In this document: in pieces, positions 38,823 through 48,494 of the stretch | Numbering within the stretch: position 1 is the first letter of the stretch | How the letters are laid out: the number at the start of each line of letters is the position of its first letter | Origin: an uncultured Gammaproteobacteria bacterium | GTDB taxonomy: Bacteria > Patescibacteriota > Patescibacteriia > UBA9934 | DNA: 64,000 nt | NCBI GenBank assembly: GCA_964613815.1 | Contig: CAZTKG010000001.1 | Coordinates: 200,895 to 264,894, forward strand | Direction of reading: 5' to 3' | Position numbers and translations under genes: made by a program | Notes under the pieces: model-generated | Told to the model about the DNA's origin: nothing | The model's database searches: none | What the model saw: the letters and a program-made list of their open reading frames with translations, nothing else

Positions 38823-39959
38823 CTATGTCACGATCATCATGATGATTCCTGTGATAAATACGAGTGCACAGGCATACATGGTCCAGCTTGGGACTTTGAA
38901 CGCACGCTTCGTGGTTGTGGCGTGTTTTTTTGCGGATAAGTATGTGGCGATGATGAGGAGACTTGCACAACCGCCGAAGACGCCGCCGACGAAGCCGACG
39001 ACTTCGATGAATTCTCGGATGTTTAGAAGGAAGAGGGCCATAGGGACGGAAATAACGACGGCCCAGCTAGTCATGTAGCGGCGTTTGTAGTCGATGGTGA
39101 GCATGTCCATGAAGGACATTCCGAGAATCAGGAAACTCGTGAAGACGGAGAAGAGGCCGATGAGGGAGCCGATGAGGAGGACCCATTCGCCGACGACGGC
39201 GCCGAGGCCGGTGATGGCGTCTTGGGTGGTTCCGGCGCCGCTTACGGCGACGATAATGCCGGTGAAAATAAGGTAGACGACGGATACGATGGCGACGCCG
39301 GTGATGATAGCTCTTGGGAGGAGGCGTTTTTGGCGGCCGAGGACTTGAGCCATTTCTGGGACAACGGCGGCTCCACCTAAGGCAAATATCACGACACCGA
39401 ATGGGGTGAACCAGTGGTCTGTGGTTATGGAGGTGAGGTTTGTGAGGTCAATGTGAGGAGTGGATCCTGTGAGGATCAGTGCCAGGAGGATGAATAATAG
39501 GGCCACAAAGATCCCCTCTAGGCGGACGATGAAGCCGAGGCCTCCGATGAGGAGGAGGCTGCAGATTGTGTAGAAGATGATTTGGTAGGTGAATACGGAG
39601 CCTCCGAGGAGCGGCGAGATGAGGGCGTGGAGGAAGCCGCCGCCGAGGATGAGGTATGCGAGAAGGGCTCCCCAGCTGCTTGCGGCGATGGTGATGAAGG
39701 CGGCCCAGGTCCAGTGTTTGCCGAGGTATTTTTTGGTGAGGCCGGCGAGGTGGTGTTTGCCGCGGGTTGTGACGATGACTTCGCTGTAGGCAGCGAGGAC
39801 GAGCATGTAGACGAGGGCGAGGGCGACGAGCCAGGTAGCGCCGATCGCGAATCCTGATTGCGAGAAAACGTAAGGGAGCCCGAAAATTCCGACGCCGATG
39901 ACGGAACCGATGAAGGGCTGGACAGCGCGCCAGAATACCCTCTTTTTTGCAGATATCAT
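38823..39959 (-). CDS. Aromatic amino acid permease (HAAAP/Trp-Tyr family)
   Basis: GSVIGVGIFGLP, about 11 TMs, FTSF motif. Confidence 0.85.
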   Translation of the reverse strand: MISAKKRVFWRAVQPFIGSVIGVGIFGLPYVFSQSGFAIGATWLVALALVYMLVLAAYSEVIVTTRGKHHLAGLTKKYLGKHWTWAAFITIAASSWGALLAYLILGGGFLHALISPLLGGSVFTYQIIFYTICSLLLIGGLGFIVRLEGIFVALLFILLALILTGSTPHIDLTNLTSITTDHWFTPFGVVIFALGGAAVVPEMAQVLGRQKRLLPRAIITGVAIVSVVYLIFTGIIVAVSGAGTTQDAITGLGAVVGEWVLLIGSLIGLFSVFTSFLILGMSFMDMLTIDYKRRYMTSWAVVISVPMALFLLNIREFIEVVGFVGGVFGGCASLLIIATYLSAKKHATTTKRAFKVPSWTMYACALVFITGIIMMIVT

Positions 39960-39988
39960 AAGGAAATTATATCACAGGCTTCCTCTTC

Positions 39989-40036
39989 CCCATCTCGACC
40001 GAAGTGGAGAGATCTCTCGACTTCGCTCGAGATGGG
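39989..40036. repeat. REP-like family A doublet with fused centre
   Basis: CCCATCTCGACCGAAGTGGAGAGATCTCTCGACTTCGCTCGAGATGGG. Confidence 0.9.
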
Positions 40037-40098
40037 AAGTGCTTTTGATGAATACGGGTAGCATTTGCGATTGCGGTGGATTGGGTTAATATGGGGCC

Positions 40099-41541
40099 AT
40101 GACTGATCGCGCGGGAAAAATCCCTCCTCAAAGTATTGAGGCGGAAGAATCGCTTCTGGGAGCCATTTTGACGGACTCGGAATCGCTTATTAAAATTGTT
40201 GATGTTTTAAAGGCGGAGGACTTTTATAAAAATGCCCATTCGCGTGTGTATGGGGCGATTGTGGAATTGTATGAGCGGCATGAGCCGGTTGATTTGTTGA
40301 CGGTTGGAAATCGGCTTGAGGAGTCGGACATGCTTAAGTACATCGGCGGGCGGACGACGCTTGTGGAACTGACGAACAAGGTGGCTTCGGCGGCGCATCT
40401 TTCGCATTACGCCGAAATCATTCAAAAGAAGGCGACATTGCGGCGGCTGATTCGGACGGCTGGAGAGATTGCGGAGATGGGATATGACGAGGGGGAGGAT
40501 GTGGATATTTTGATCGATGAGGCGGAGCAGAAGCTTTTTAATGTTTCTGGGCACTTTGTGAAGCAGGCATTTACGCCGATTCGGTCTGTTTTGAGTGGGG
40601 CGTTTGAGCGGATTGATGAGCTGCATAAGAATCGAGGGCAGTTGCGCGGGCTTCCGACGGGGTTTATTGGCGTGGATAATCTTCTCGCTGGACTTCAGCG
40701 GTCTGACCTTGTGATTCTCGCGGCGCGTCCTGCGGTTGGAAAGACAAGTTTTGCGCTGGATATTGTGCGAGCGGTTTCGCTGAAAACGAAGCAGCCTGTT
40801 GGCCTGTTTTCGCTGGAGATGAGTAAGGAGCAGCTTGTGGATAGAATGATTTGTGCAGAAGCGAATATTGACTTGTGGAAAATGCGTACGGGGCGGCTTA
40901 GTGAGAAGGATGATGACTTTCCTCGCATCGGTGAGGCGCTTGCGAAGTTGAGTGAGGCGCCGATCTTTATTGATGACTCTGGAATGGCGAACATTATGAC
41001 CATTCGTACGAAGACGCGGCGGCTGAAGGCGGAGCATGGACTTGGAATGATTGTGATTGATTATTTGCAGCTCATGGATGGGCGGAAGTCTGGAGAGAAC
41101 CGAACGCAAGAAATTTCTGAGATCAGTCGAGGCTTGAAGCAGATTGCGCGTGAACTTGATGTCCCGGTTCTTGCGCTCTCGCAGCTTTCTCGTGCGGTAG
41201 AACAGTCTAAGCCTGCGATTCCTAAGCTATCTCACCTTCGTGAATCTGGGTCGATTGAGCAGGATGCGGATGTGGTGATGTTTATGTATCGAAAGGCGGC
41301 GGACAGAAACTATCAGCCGGAGGAGTTGACGCCTGATGAGAAGAACACGGGTGAGCTCCATATTGCAAAGCATCGTAATGGGCCGACAGGGATGGTACGA
41401 TTGTTTTGGGATGCGAAACGTGCGAGTTTTCGTAATCTTGAGCAGCGCCAGATGGCACCGCAAGGGCAGGCACATAATCCAGCGAATGTTGGACTCCCGC
41501 CTGGGATGGCGCCAAAACAATCTGCTCCCGTAAATCAGTAA
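40099..41541 (+). CDS. dnaB: Replicative DNA helicase
   Basis: PPQSIEAE, AARPAVGKT, IDYLQL, LRESGSIEQDAD. Confidence 0.98.
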   Translation: MTDRAGKIPPQSIEAEESLLGAILTDSESLIKIVDVLKAEDFYKNAHSRVYGAIVELYERHEPVDLLTVGNRLEESDMLKYIGGRTTLVELTNKVASAAHLSHYAEIIQKKATLRRLIRTAGEIAEMGYDEGEDVDILIDEAEQKLFNVSGHFVKQAFTPIRSVLSGAFERIDELHKNRGQLRGLPTGFIGVDNLLAGLQRSDLVILAARPAVGKTSFALDIVRAVSLKTKQPVGLFSLEMSKEQLVDRMICAEANIDLWKMRTGRLSEKDDDFPRIGEALAKLSEAPIFIDDSGMANIMTIRTKTRRLKAEHGLGMIVIDYLQLMDGRKSGENRTQEISEISRGLKQIARELDVPVLALSQLSRAVEQSKPAIPKLSHLRESGSIEQDADVVMFMYRKAADRNYQPEELTPDEKNTGELHIAKHRNGPTGMVRLFWDAKRASFRNLEQRQMAPQGQAHNPANVGLPPGMAPKQSAPVNQ

Positions 41542-41549
41542 TATTTTCT

Positions 41550-41843
41550 ATGTTCAATAAATTGAAACAAATTAAAGATATTCGTAAGCAAGCTAAGTCC
41601 ATGCAGTCTGTGATGGCTGAGATTGTGATTGTTGGCCAAGGAAAAGGTGGAAAAGTGATGATTACGCTTGATGGGAATCAGGCGGTTCAGGGGGTGAAGA
41701 TCGAGGAAGGGATGAGTACTTCGGATATTGCCGATGGGGTGAAAGCCGCGTTTAATGATGCGACGAAGAAGTTGCAGAAGGAGATGGCGATGAAGTTGAA
41801 GGATATGGGCGGACTTGATGCGCTCAAGGACCTTGGGCTGTAG
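41550..41843 (+). CDS. ybaB: YbaB/EbfC nucleoid-associated protein
   Basis: GGKVMITLDG, AAFNDA; directly upstream of recR. Confidence 0.85.
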   Translation: MFNKLKQIKDIRKQAKSMQSVMAEIVIVGQGKGGKVMITLDGNQAVQGVKIEEGMSTSDIADGVKAAFNDATKKLQKEMAMKLKDMGGLDALKDLGL

Positions 41844-41850
41844 GTGATGT

Positions 41851-42450
41851 ATGCGTCAGTTTCCGGCACCTATCCACAATGCTGTGGCAGCCTTTACACG
41901 ACTGCCTGCTGTGGGGCCGAAAACGGCGCTTCGGTATACATTTGCGCTTTTGCGGATGAGCCCGAGCGTGCGTCAGGGGCTTGCGCGTGCGATTGAGCGG
42001 CTTGATGATGTACGTGTTTGTCGGACCTGTTATGCGCATTCTGAGGAGCCGGTTTGTGGGATCTGTTCTGATCCTCGACGGGATGCGGGCCTTTTGTGTG
42101 TCGTGTCTGAGTCTCGAGACATTGCGACGATTGAGGCGACGGATGCGTATCGTGGGCGGTATTTTGTTCTTGGGGGGACGCTGAGTCCCATTGAAGGACG
42201 GACGCCGGAGACGCTTCATGTGCGGCAGCTTATGGGGATACTTGATTCGAGTCCGCATGTTAGTGAAGTGATTTTGGCGTTTTCTCCTGATGTGCATGGG
42301 GAGACGACGATCTTGTATCTTGCTAAACGACTGAAAGAACTCGGCAAAAAAACCACGAAACTTGCTCGTGGTCTTCCGATTGGGGCGGACTTGGAATATA
42401 CGGATGAGATTACGCTTCTTGGGGCGCTTGAGGGACGACGCGAGGCGTGA
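41851..42450 (+). CDS. recR: Recombination protein RecR
   Basis: HhH LPAVGPKTA, C4 zinc finger, TOPRIM, ARGLPIG. Confidence 0.95.
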   Translation: MRQFPAPIHNAVAAFTRLPAVGPKTALRYTFALLRMSPSVRQGLARAIERLDDVRVCRTCYAHSEEPVCGICSDPRRDAGLLCVVSESRDIATIEATDAYRGRYFVLGGTLSPIEGRTPETLHVRQLMGILDSSPHVSEVILAFSPDVHGETTILYLAKRLKELGKKTTKLARGLPIGADLEYTDEITLLGALEGRREA

Positions 42451-42452
42451 TC

Positions 42453-43286
42453 TTATCTTGAGGCGATTGCTTGAGCTGCCTTGAGAACATTTGAGAGCAA
42501 GTATGCGACCGTTAGCGGTCCTACTCCTCCTGGGACAGGACTGATGAAGGCGGCATTTTCGATGACATCTGGAGCGGCGTCGCCTATTGTGCGGCGGCCG
42601 TTTTTGTTTGTGCCGACATCGATCACGATGGCGCCATTTTTTGTCATTTGTTTTGTGAGGACCCCTGCCCTGCCGACGGCGACAATGATAATGTCAGCTT
42701 CTTTTGTTTTTTGGATAAGCTCAGCGTCGTCAGGATTGATGATTTCGCTTGCTGTGCCGAGTCCTGCGAGAAGATGCACGATTGGCTCGCCGAAGATACC
42801 GCTGTTTGCGATGATGGCTGCGCGTTTTGACTTTAGCGGCTGCCGCGTTGCTGTCACAAGTTTCATGACGGCAAGTGCGACCGGGGGGACGAATGCTGGA
42901 GCGCCATTTAAGAGACCGCCTCGATTGATTGGATGGAAGCCGTCGACGTCCTTTTTGGGGTCGATTGTGCTAATAATGGCGTTTTCGTCCTGTCCTGAGA
43001 GGGGGAATTGGACGAGGATTCCATGAATATCGTCTCGCTTGTTAAAATTTTGGACCGCTTTTTTGATGTCTTCTGTGGATGCATCTTCTGGAAATAGCTG
43101 TTTATCCACGTATATCCCTGCCTCTTTCGCCGCTTTTTCCTTGAGGGATACGTACAGCTTGGAAGCTGGGTCAGAACCGACCAAAATGACCCCTAATCCT
43201 GGTAAAATAGGGAGTTTTTTGATGCGAATTGCGGTTTTTTCGAGGATTTTCTTTGCTAAAAGTGACCCTTTGATGATTTCTGACAT
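42453..43286 (-). CDS. folD: Methylenetetrahydrofolate dehydrogenase/cyclohydrolase
   Basis: YVSLK, KDVDG, VIDVG, PVPGGVGP. Confidence 0.95.
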   Translation of the reverse strand: MSEIIKGSLLAKKILEKTAIRIKKLPILPGLGVILVGSDPASKLYVSLKEKAAKEAGIYVDKQLFPEDASTEDIKKAVQNFNKRDDIHGILVQFPLSGQDENAIISTIDPKKDVDGFHPINRGGLLNGAPAFVPPVALAVMKLVTATRQPLKSKRAAIIANSGIFGEPIVHLLAGLGTASEIINPDDAELIQKTKEADIIIVAVGRAGVLTKQMTKNGAIVIDVGTNKNGRRTIGDAAPDVIENAAFISPVPGGVGPLTVAYLLSNVLKAAQAIASR

Positions 43287-43378
43287 AGGCGGTTTGTGGC
43301 CGAACTATAGCGTAAAACGGGGAAAAATCAAGCTTTTTTGGGGAAAACTTGGAGATAGGGGAAAATGTCCATAAAACA

Positions 43379-43407
43379 TTGACAAAATGGGGGTTTTGTG
43401 GTATTTT
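43379..43407 (+). promoter_or_regulatory. Sigma70 promoter
   Basis: TTGACA-17-TATTTT with extended TG. Confidence 0.6.
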
Positions 43408-43480
43408 GTGGCGTTGATCTTTGTCAATTTCACCCCGAATTTGCGCGGTTTCCGTGCAATTTTTCCAACCTGGAGAATCC

Positions 43481-45460
43481 ATGTCCCCCAATCCCTCATT
43501 CCTCGACCGCGCAGAAGGCGCAGCGTTCGACACCATCGGGCAGCACAAGCTGTCACACGGCGATGAGATCCTGGGCTCGCTTCTGCTCAAGCTGCACCTC
43601 CCGGGTGCACGCGGCGCAGAGCTGATGTTCCATGGCAACGACGACAACCTCCCCGAAGGCCCCGAGCATCTGCACGTCGGCATCGGCGGCGGGATGTTCG
43701 ACGAACATCGCGCGGAAGGACGGCTGCCGAATACGTGCAGTGCGGTTCTTGTCGCAGAAGCGCTCGAGATCGCGGATGCGCCCGAACTGCAGCTTGTCCT
43801 CAACGAGGCGCTGCGCGCGGACACAACTTCTGGTCAGCAGACCATGGAGCTCGCGCAGATGATCAAGACGCTGAACTCCCATGGCGATCAGGTCAAGGCG
43901 TCCGACAATCCAGACCTCCGCGTCTGGAAGATGGCGGCGCGGGCCTACCTTGCCGTGATCAACCAGCAGCGTGGCGACGAGCCGCGCGAACTCGACGTCG
44001 AGCAGATGCAGGTCCCGGAGAACTCGTGTCTCCCGGAACTCACCAAGAACAACCGAGCGAAGCAGCGGATCGATACCTTGATCCTCCCGGCGTTCTGCGA
44101 AATCCGCGCGCTCGCGCAAGCGAAGCTCCTGAAATGGTACGGATACGAGGGCTGGAACATGCCCGAGGACTCTGACCGACTGGAGATCGTTTTCGTGCGT
44201 ACCCAGCGTCAGCTGGAGCGCGAGATCCGCGCCTCGGACTATCGCTGTATCGTGATCGGTATCGAAGGAGGGCAGGTCCCTCCAACGATGACGGTCAGGC
44301 GGCTCGCCAAAGACCTCAAGGTCCGGTGGGTCAAGGAGATGCTGCGCGTGTTCCTGCGCGAGTGTCATCGGTGGGACCGCTACGGCCCCGATGGCTACGA
44401 ACCCGACGACGGCGGCGAGAGCCCCGACTACGACAGCCGGCGGTGGGTCCGCCCCCTCGAGCTCGTCAACTTGGTCAGCTGGCTCAATGGCTGGTCCAAG
44501 ATGGGTCCGGTGGAGATCTGGGACTACGTGGAAGAGGTGTTCGACGCCGTCTTCCGTGAGAGTCAGAACTTCTGGGAGGTCTGTCCCGCGCAGTTCAAGC
44601 GACGTGCCTTTGTGACGTCGTTCCCACTTCCGGAATCCTGTCGCGTTCGCATCGTGCCCGAAGTCGTCGAGAACATCCACGACGACGAAGACGAATACGA
44701 CGCGGACATCGACGGTCCGCGCGGCCTGATCGAGACGGTTTCGGCAGGCGTCAAGCTCCTTGAAGGACCCGCACCTGAGGCGCCGGAACAGCGGCTGAAG
44801 ATCTGTATCGTGTTCACCAACAACTCGGTGATGCACAAGTATGCGAGAGCGATCGAAGGCTGTCATGTGGTCATCGTGCGCAACAGCCGCCGTCAGGTTC
44901 AGCTGTTCACACATCGAGATCACAAGATGGCGGCACGGTATGCTGCAGCAGCCATCAGCCTGCTGGAGCACGTCGTCGCAGAGCAGGACCATGACCTCGA
45001 GGCGCAGTGGGCCCATATCTGTGAGATCGCTCGAACTGGACGTGGTCGCAACCTCCTCGGCGCAGCGTCCCACTGGTATGCGCATGATGTGGCCGGAAGT
45101 GTCCTCAACGGTTCCCTGACACATCCCGAGGTCCCGGCAACGAAACTCGATGATCACGAGCTCGTCGAAATGGTCCTCGCCGCTGCCGCTGCGTATGTAG
45201 GCGACTTCGCAGCCCTTCAGGACGCACAATTCGACGCTGCGTCCCGACTTGCCACGGGTCAGAAGTCCTCAACCGAGGAAGAGATCGCCACCGTGCACGA
45301 CAACGTCGCAGATCTCTTCGACTACATCAAGGGCCTTCGGCTCGTGATGGCGGATGAGGGCGACGAGGCCGTGACCGAGGACGACACCGAAGTCGATGAG
45401 GATGCGACCGAGGTCGAAGTCGACCTGCAGGCAGATTTCGACCCCACCTCCGACGAGTAG
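43481..45460 (+). CDS. Large hypothetical protein, MYG1/DHH-like metal-dependent hydrolase motifs, internally duplicated
   Basis: HxxxHGDE, VGIGGGMFDEH, CSAVLVA, LNGSLTHP; GGAG SD. Confidence 0.7.
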   Translation: MSPNPSFLDRAEGAAFDTIGQHKLSHGDEILGSLLLKLHLPGARGAELMFHGNDDNLPEGPEHLHVGIGGGMFDEHRAEGRLPNTCSAVLVAEALEIADAPELQLVLNEALRADTTSGQQTMELAQMIKTLNSHGDQVKASDNPDLRVWKMAARAYLAVINQQRGDEPRELDVEQMQVPENSCLPELTKNNRAKQRIDTLILPAFCEIRALAQAKLLKWYGYEGWNMPEDSDRLEIVFVRTQRQLEREIRASDYRCIVIGIEGGQVPPTMTVRRLAKDLKVRWVKEMLRVFLRECHRWDRYGPDGYEPDDGGESPDYDSRRWVRPLELVNLVSWLNGWSKMGPVEIWDYVEEVFDAVFRESQNFWEVCPAQFKRRAFVTSFPLPESCRVRIVPEVVENIHDDEDEYDADIDGPRGLIETVSAGVKLLEGPAPEAPEQRLKICIVFTNNSVMHKYARAIEGCHVVIVRNSRRQVQLFTHRDHKMAARYAAAAISLLEHVVAEQDHDLEAQWAHICEIARTGRGRNLLGAASHWYAHDVAGSVLNGSLTHPEVPATKLDDHELVEMVLAAAAAYVGDFAALQDAQFDAASRLATGQKSSTEEEIATVHDNVADLFDYIKGLRLVMADEGDEAVTEDDTEVDEDATEVEVDLQADFDPTSDE

Positions 45461-45548
45461 AAGCGTCACGCTCCTCGTCTTATCTTCCCCCCTTGGGAGC
45501 CCCAGTGGCTTCTGAGGGGGGATGTTTGTATAAAAAGAAGCCTCTTTG

Positions 45549-46556
45549 CTATGAAGCTTGAGACTTTTTGTGACGTCTGCGGCCAGATTGCCAGCCTTTA
45601 ATGAGACGTTGACGTTGCTGTTGGCGCGCGTTTGTCCAGAGACGGTATTCCTCGATTTTCCGTGGGATTTCTGAGAGCGGTATCTGCCTTACCACGATAT
45701 GGAATGATCCGTCGAATACCCTCCAGGGACCGAACCAGCCGTTTGCGTTTGCGCCGAATCCACATGTGAGTTCGACGACGGGAAGCGTCCAGCTGGATGC
45801 CTCAAGAGCCTCGAATGACCCGTTTGCTCGTGCGACGCCGACATGCGTGAGCATTTCGAGGTCACGAACCTTGCCGCTGAATTTCTTCTGATCGGCTGCG
45901 AGCGCGCTTGGGAGCGGACGGTGCTGGTCCTCGAGGATGACGTACGCCCTCCCCTCTTCGATGACACGAGTGATGAATTCCCGAATCTTCTTCTTGGCCT
46001 GCTTCGGCCTCTTGTACCGAATGACCTGCACGACGCCGATGACGATTCCGGGAAGGATGGCGATGACAGAGATCAGGATGTTTAGGACGTTCTTCTGCTT
46101 GCTGATGATGGTTGCACGCGAGTTGATGAACTTGGCAACATACCAAATCAGAAGCGGTACCCCCATGAATGGCGGATGATTGGAGAGGACGAGAACCGGT
46201 TTTCCGAGGAAGTCGAAGTCTGGGCGCGGTGCTCTGATGTCCATCCAGAGGAGAAACTGGACGATATGCGTGATGTTGCTTGACCATCTGCGGAGCGAAT
46301 CCTCGAGCGGGCTGCGAACCCCTACGAATCGCTTCCGCAGCTCGTAGGGGATGTGCATGATGAGGATCTTGAGCCCGTGGTAGGCCGTTGCGAGAACACT
46401 CAGAATGCCTGCAATCGGCACCCTGACTGATTTGCTGATGAATTCTTGCATGGATTCTCCTGCGCTCATGTCTATGCGCAGCTGATGAAAGAGCTGTGGG
46501 ATTATGCCTCGATCAGCTCCTTGTGTCAACTCATGTGTATGAAAAAATCTCTGCAT
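45549..46556 (-). CDS. Divergent lysophospholipid acyltransferase (PlsC-like); start uncertain
   Basis: PVLVLSNHPP block and LPVVELT; HX4D aspartate absent. Confidence 0.55.
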   Translation of the reverse strand: MQRFFHTHELTQGADRGIIPQLFHQLRIDMSAGESMQEFISKSVRVPIAGILSVLATAYHGLKILIMHIPYELRKRFVGVRSPLEDSLRRWSSNITHIVQFLLWMDIRAPRPDFDFLGKPVLVLSNHPPFMGVPLLIWYVAKFINSRATIISKQKNVLNILISVIAILPGIVIGVVQVIRYKRPKQAKKKIREFITRVIEEGRAYVILEDQHRPLPSALAADQKKFSGKVRDLEMLTHVGVARANGSFEALEASSWTLPVVELTCGFGANANGWFGPWRVFDGSFHIVVRQIPLSEIPRKIEEYRLWTNARQQQRQRLIKGWQSGRRRHKKSQAS

Positions 46557-46870
46557 TATGCAGAGATTTTTTCGATCTTTATCTTGGTGAAATGTTGGCG
46601 ATGACCAACGTTTCGGCGGTAGCGGCTTTTTGACTTGTATTTGATGACAGAGACTTTTTTGTCTCGGCCGGATTCGACGATTGAGGCCTCCACCTTCGCG
46701 CCGCTAACGGTAGGAGTTCCAACTTTGACGTCCGTGCCCTTTTCGTCAGAGACGAGCATCGCGTCAAATGCGAGCCTTGCTCCGGCGTCACCCTCGAGCT
46801 TTTCTACTTTGAGTTCTTGCCCTTCTTTGACGAGATATTGCTTCCCTCCGGTTTGGATCACTGCGATCAT
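46556..46870 (-). CDS. rplU: 50S ribosomal protein L21
   Basis: AVIQTGGKQYLV, GHRQ. Confidence 0.97.
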   Translation of the reverse strand: MIAVIQTGGKQYLVKEGQELKVEKLEGDAGARLAFDAMLVSDEKGTDVKVGTPTVSGAKVEASIVESGRDKKVSVIKYKSKSRYRRNVGHRQHFTKIKIEKISA

Positions 46871-46978
46871 AGATTGATCTTACGCTGCTTTTGGTACGCG
46901 ATTGTTGCGGTTTGAAACCTCGGCAGGCGATGAATAATGTGCCAGGACTGTATCAGAAAGTAGGTTTTTTGGCAAGGG

Positions 46979-47431
46979 CTAGTCGTACTGCACCTTGTAG
47001 CCGATGAGGATCCCATGGGCGTCGACATAACCAGCTGGAAATTCGATAGCAGCATCTGCCCGGATCGGGCTTGATGACATGGTTTCTGGCTCCTCCCCCG
47101 GGAGCGGCGCTGACACGTTTTCGCTGATCTTTTTTACTTTTCCATCTTGAATCCAGATGACGTCGAGATCGAATTTCATGCCGTCCATCGTGAACGTTCG
47201 TGTTTCTTGATCGTTAAAGATAAACATCATGCCGTCCGCTTTTTCCATTTGGGCCGTTGAAACTCCGGATAACCCCTTTTGTTGCTCACTTCTTGAATCG
47301 GCGACCCAAAGATTCGCCTGAATTCCGTTGATGTCTACGGCCGTTGTTGATTTGGCAGCTGGCCCCCTTGTTCCAATGATGACGGTGAGAATGAGTGCGA
47401 TGACCGCTGTGAATGTGATCCATTTAAGCAT
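46979..47431 (-). CDS. DUF192 family protein
   Basis: VAD...KGL, GMMFIF, MKFDLDVIWI, IEFPAG. Confidence 0.85.
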   Translation of the reverse strand: MLKWITFTAVIALILTVIIGTRGPAAKSTTAVDINGIQANLWVADSRSEQQKGLSGVSTAQMEKADGMMFIFNDQETRTFTMDGMKFDLDVIWIQDGKVKKISENVSAPLPGEEPETMSSSPIRADAAIEFPAGYVDAHGILIGYKVQYD

Positions 47432-48452
47432 ACTGTTGTTTTGAGAGCCTTGATACTGCGAGGAATGTTAGCGTAAAAAGGATGATTAATGCAACCAGCT
47501 TTTGCCAACTTGAGAAGATAAGGGTCGTGAGGCCGAAGCATGTCGCAATAATCGTGTATATTGCAACGATTGATTTAGATGAAAATCCAGCATCTTTTAA
47601 TCTGAGATGGAGATGTGATCTGTCGCCTGATTTGATGGAAACTCCTCGCCTTCTACGGCTTCTGATGACGAAAAGTATGTCGATTGCCGGGACACCGATG
47701 ACAAGTAGGGCGGTCGCTATTTTGGAGCCACTGATGATCGCGAGCGTGCCGAGCATGTATCCGATCAGTGTGCTTCCGCCTTCGCCGAGGAAGATGTGTG
47801 CTGGGGGAAGATTCCAAAGGGCGAATCCTGCCGTTGCCGCAAAGGCGATCAGGGCCATGAGGGCGACGTCTGGCTGGTAGAAGGCTGCTGATAGAGCGAG
47901 GAGCGCGATCATGAGGAAGCCGACGGATCCAACGCTTGCCGTAAGACCGTCGAGGCCGTCGAGGAGCTTTGTCGTGTAGATAATGACCATAAGCCATGAA
48001 AAGGTGATGGCCGATGAGGTGAGCCGTGTCAGTTCGAAGGCACCCCCTGCTGGATTGGTGATTTTTGAGGGGCCGATTCCTGCGAGAACAGCGATCGCGC
48101 ATGCAATGATCGGGAACAGGATAGATGCCTTTGGCGGGAGCGTGTACTTGTCGTCGATAATCCCTCCGATGATCAGAACTGTGGCGCCCGCAAGGAATCC
48201 TGCAATGTGTCCAGCAGTGATGTCACCTGCCGTGAAATGCCTTGACTCGATCATGATAACAACAGTCGGGATGGTGAATGCCAAAAAAATCGCCACTCCA
48301 CCGAGAAGCGGTGTGGGGATTTTGTGATGTTTCCGTTTTCCGTCTGGCGCGTCTGTTACTCCCCAATTTTTTGCGAATTTTCGCACCGTGTGTGTGAGAT
48401 GCACGGCCAGTATCAGCGCGCCAATAACCGGGATAATCCACCAGCTTGGCAT
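47424..48452 (-). CDS. MraY/WecA/TagO family polyprenyl-phosphate GlcNAc-1-P transferase
   Basis: PTPLLGG, GIIDD, LDGLDGL, IFLGEGG, DRSHLH. Confidence 0.9.
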   Translation of the reverse strand: MPSWWIIPVIGALILAVHLTHTVRKFAKNWGVTDAPDGKRKHHKIPTPLLGGVAIFLAFTIPTVVIMIESRHFTAGDITAGHIAGFLAGATVLIIGGIIDDKYTLPPKASILFPIIACAIAVLAGIGPSKITNPAGGAFELTRLTSSAITFSWLMVIIYTTKLLDGLDGLTASVGSVGFLMIALLALSAAFYQPDVALMALIAFAATAGFALWNLPPAHIFLGEGGSTLIGYMLGTLAIISGSKIATALLVIGVPAIDILFVIRSRRRRGVSIKSGDRSHLHLRLKDAGFSSKSIVAIYTIIATCFGLTTLIFSSWQKLVALIILFTLTFLAVSRLSKQQYA

Positions 48453-48494
48453 AGCGATAATGTACGCGGTGAATTTGGATCTTGCAAGGATGAA

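Noticed and set aside
40207-41109. 300-aa antisense ORF (also 18547-19434, 35515-36204, 50779-51612, 54525-55367)
   Set aside because: Overlap well-supported genes and have low-complexity shadow composition
43553-45229. 558-aa antisense ORF
   Set aside because: Shadow of the codon-biased + strand gene, which has a promoter, SD and motifs
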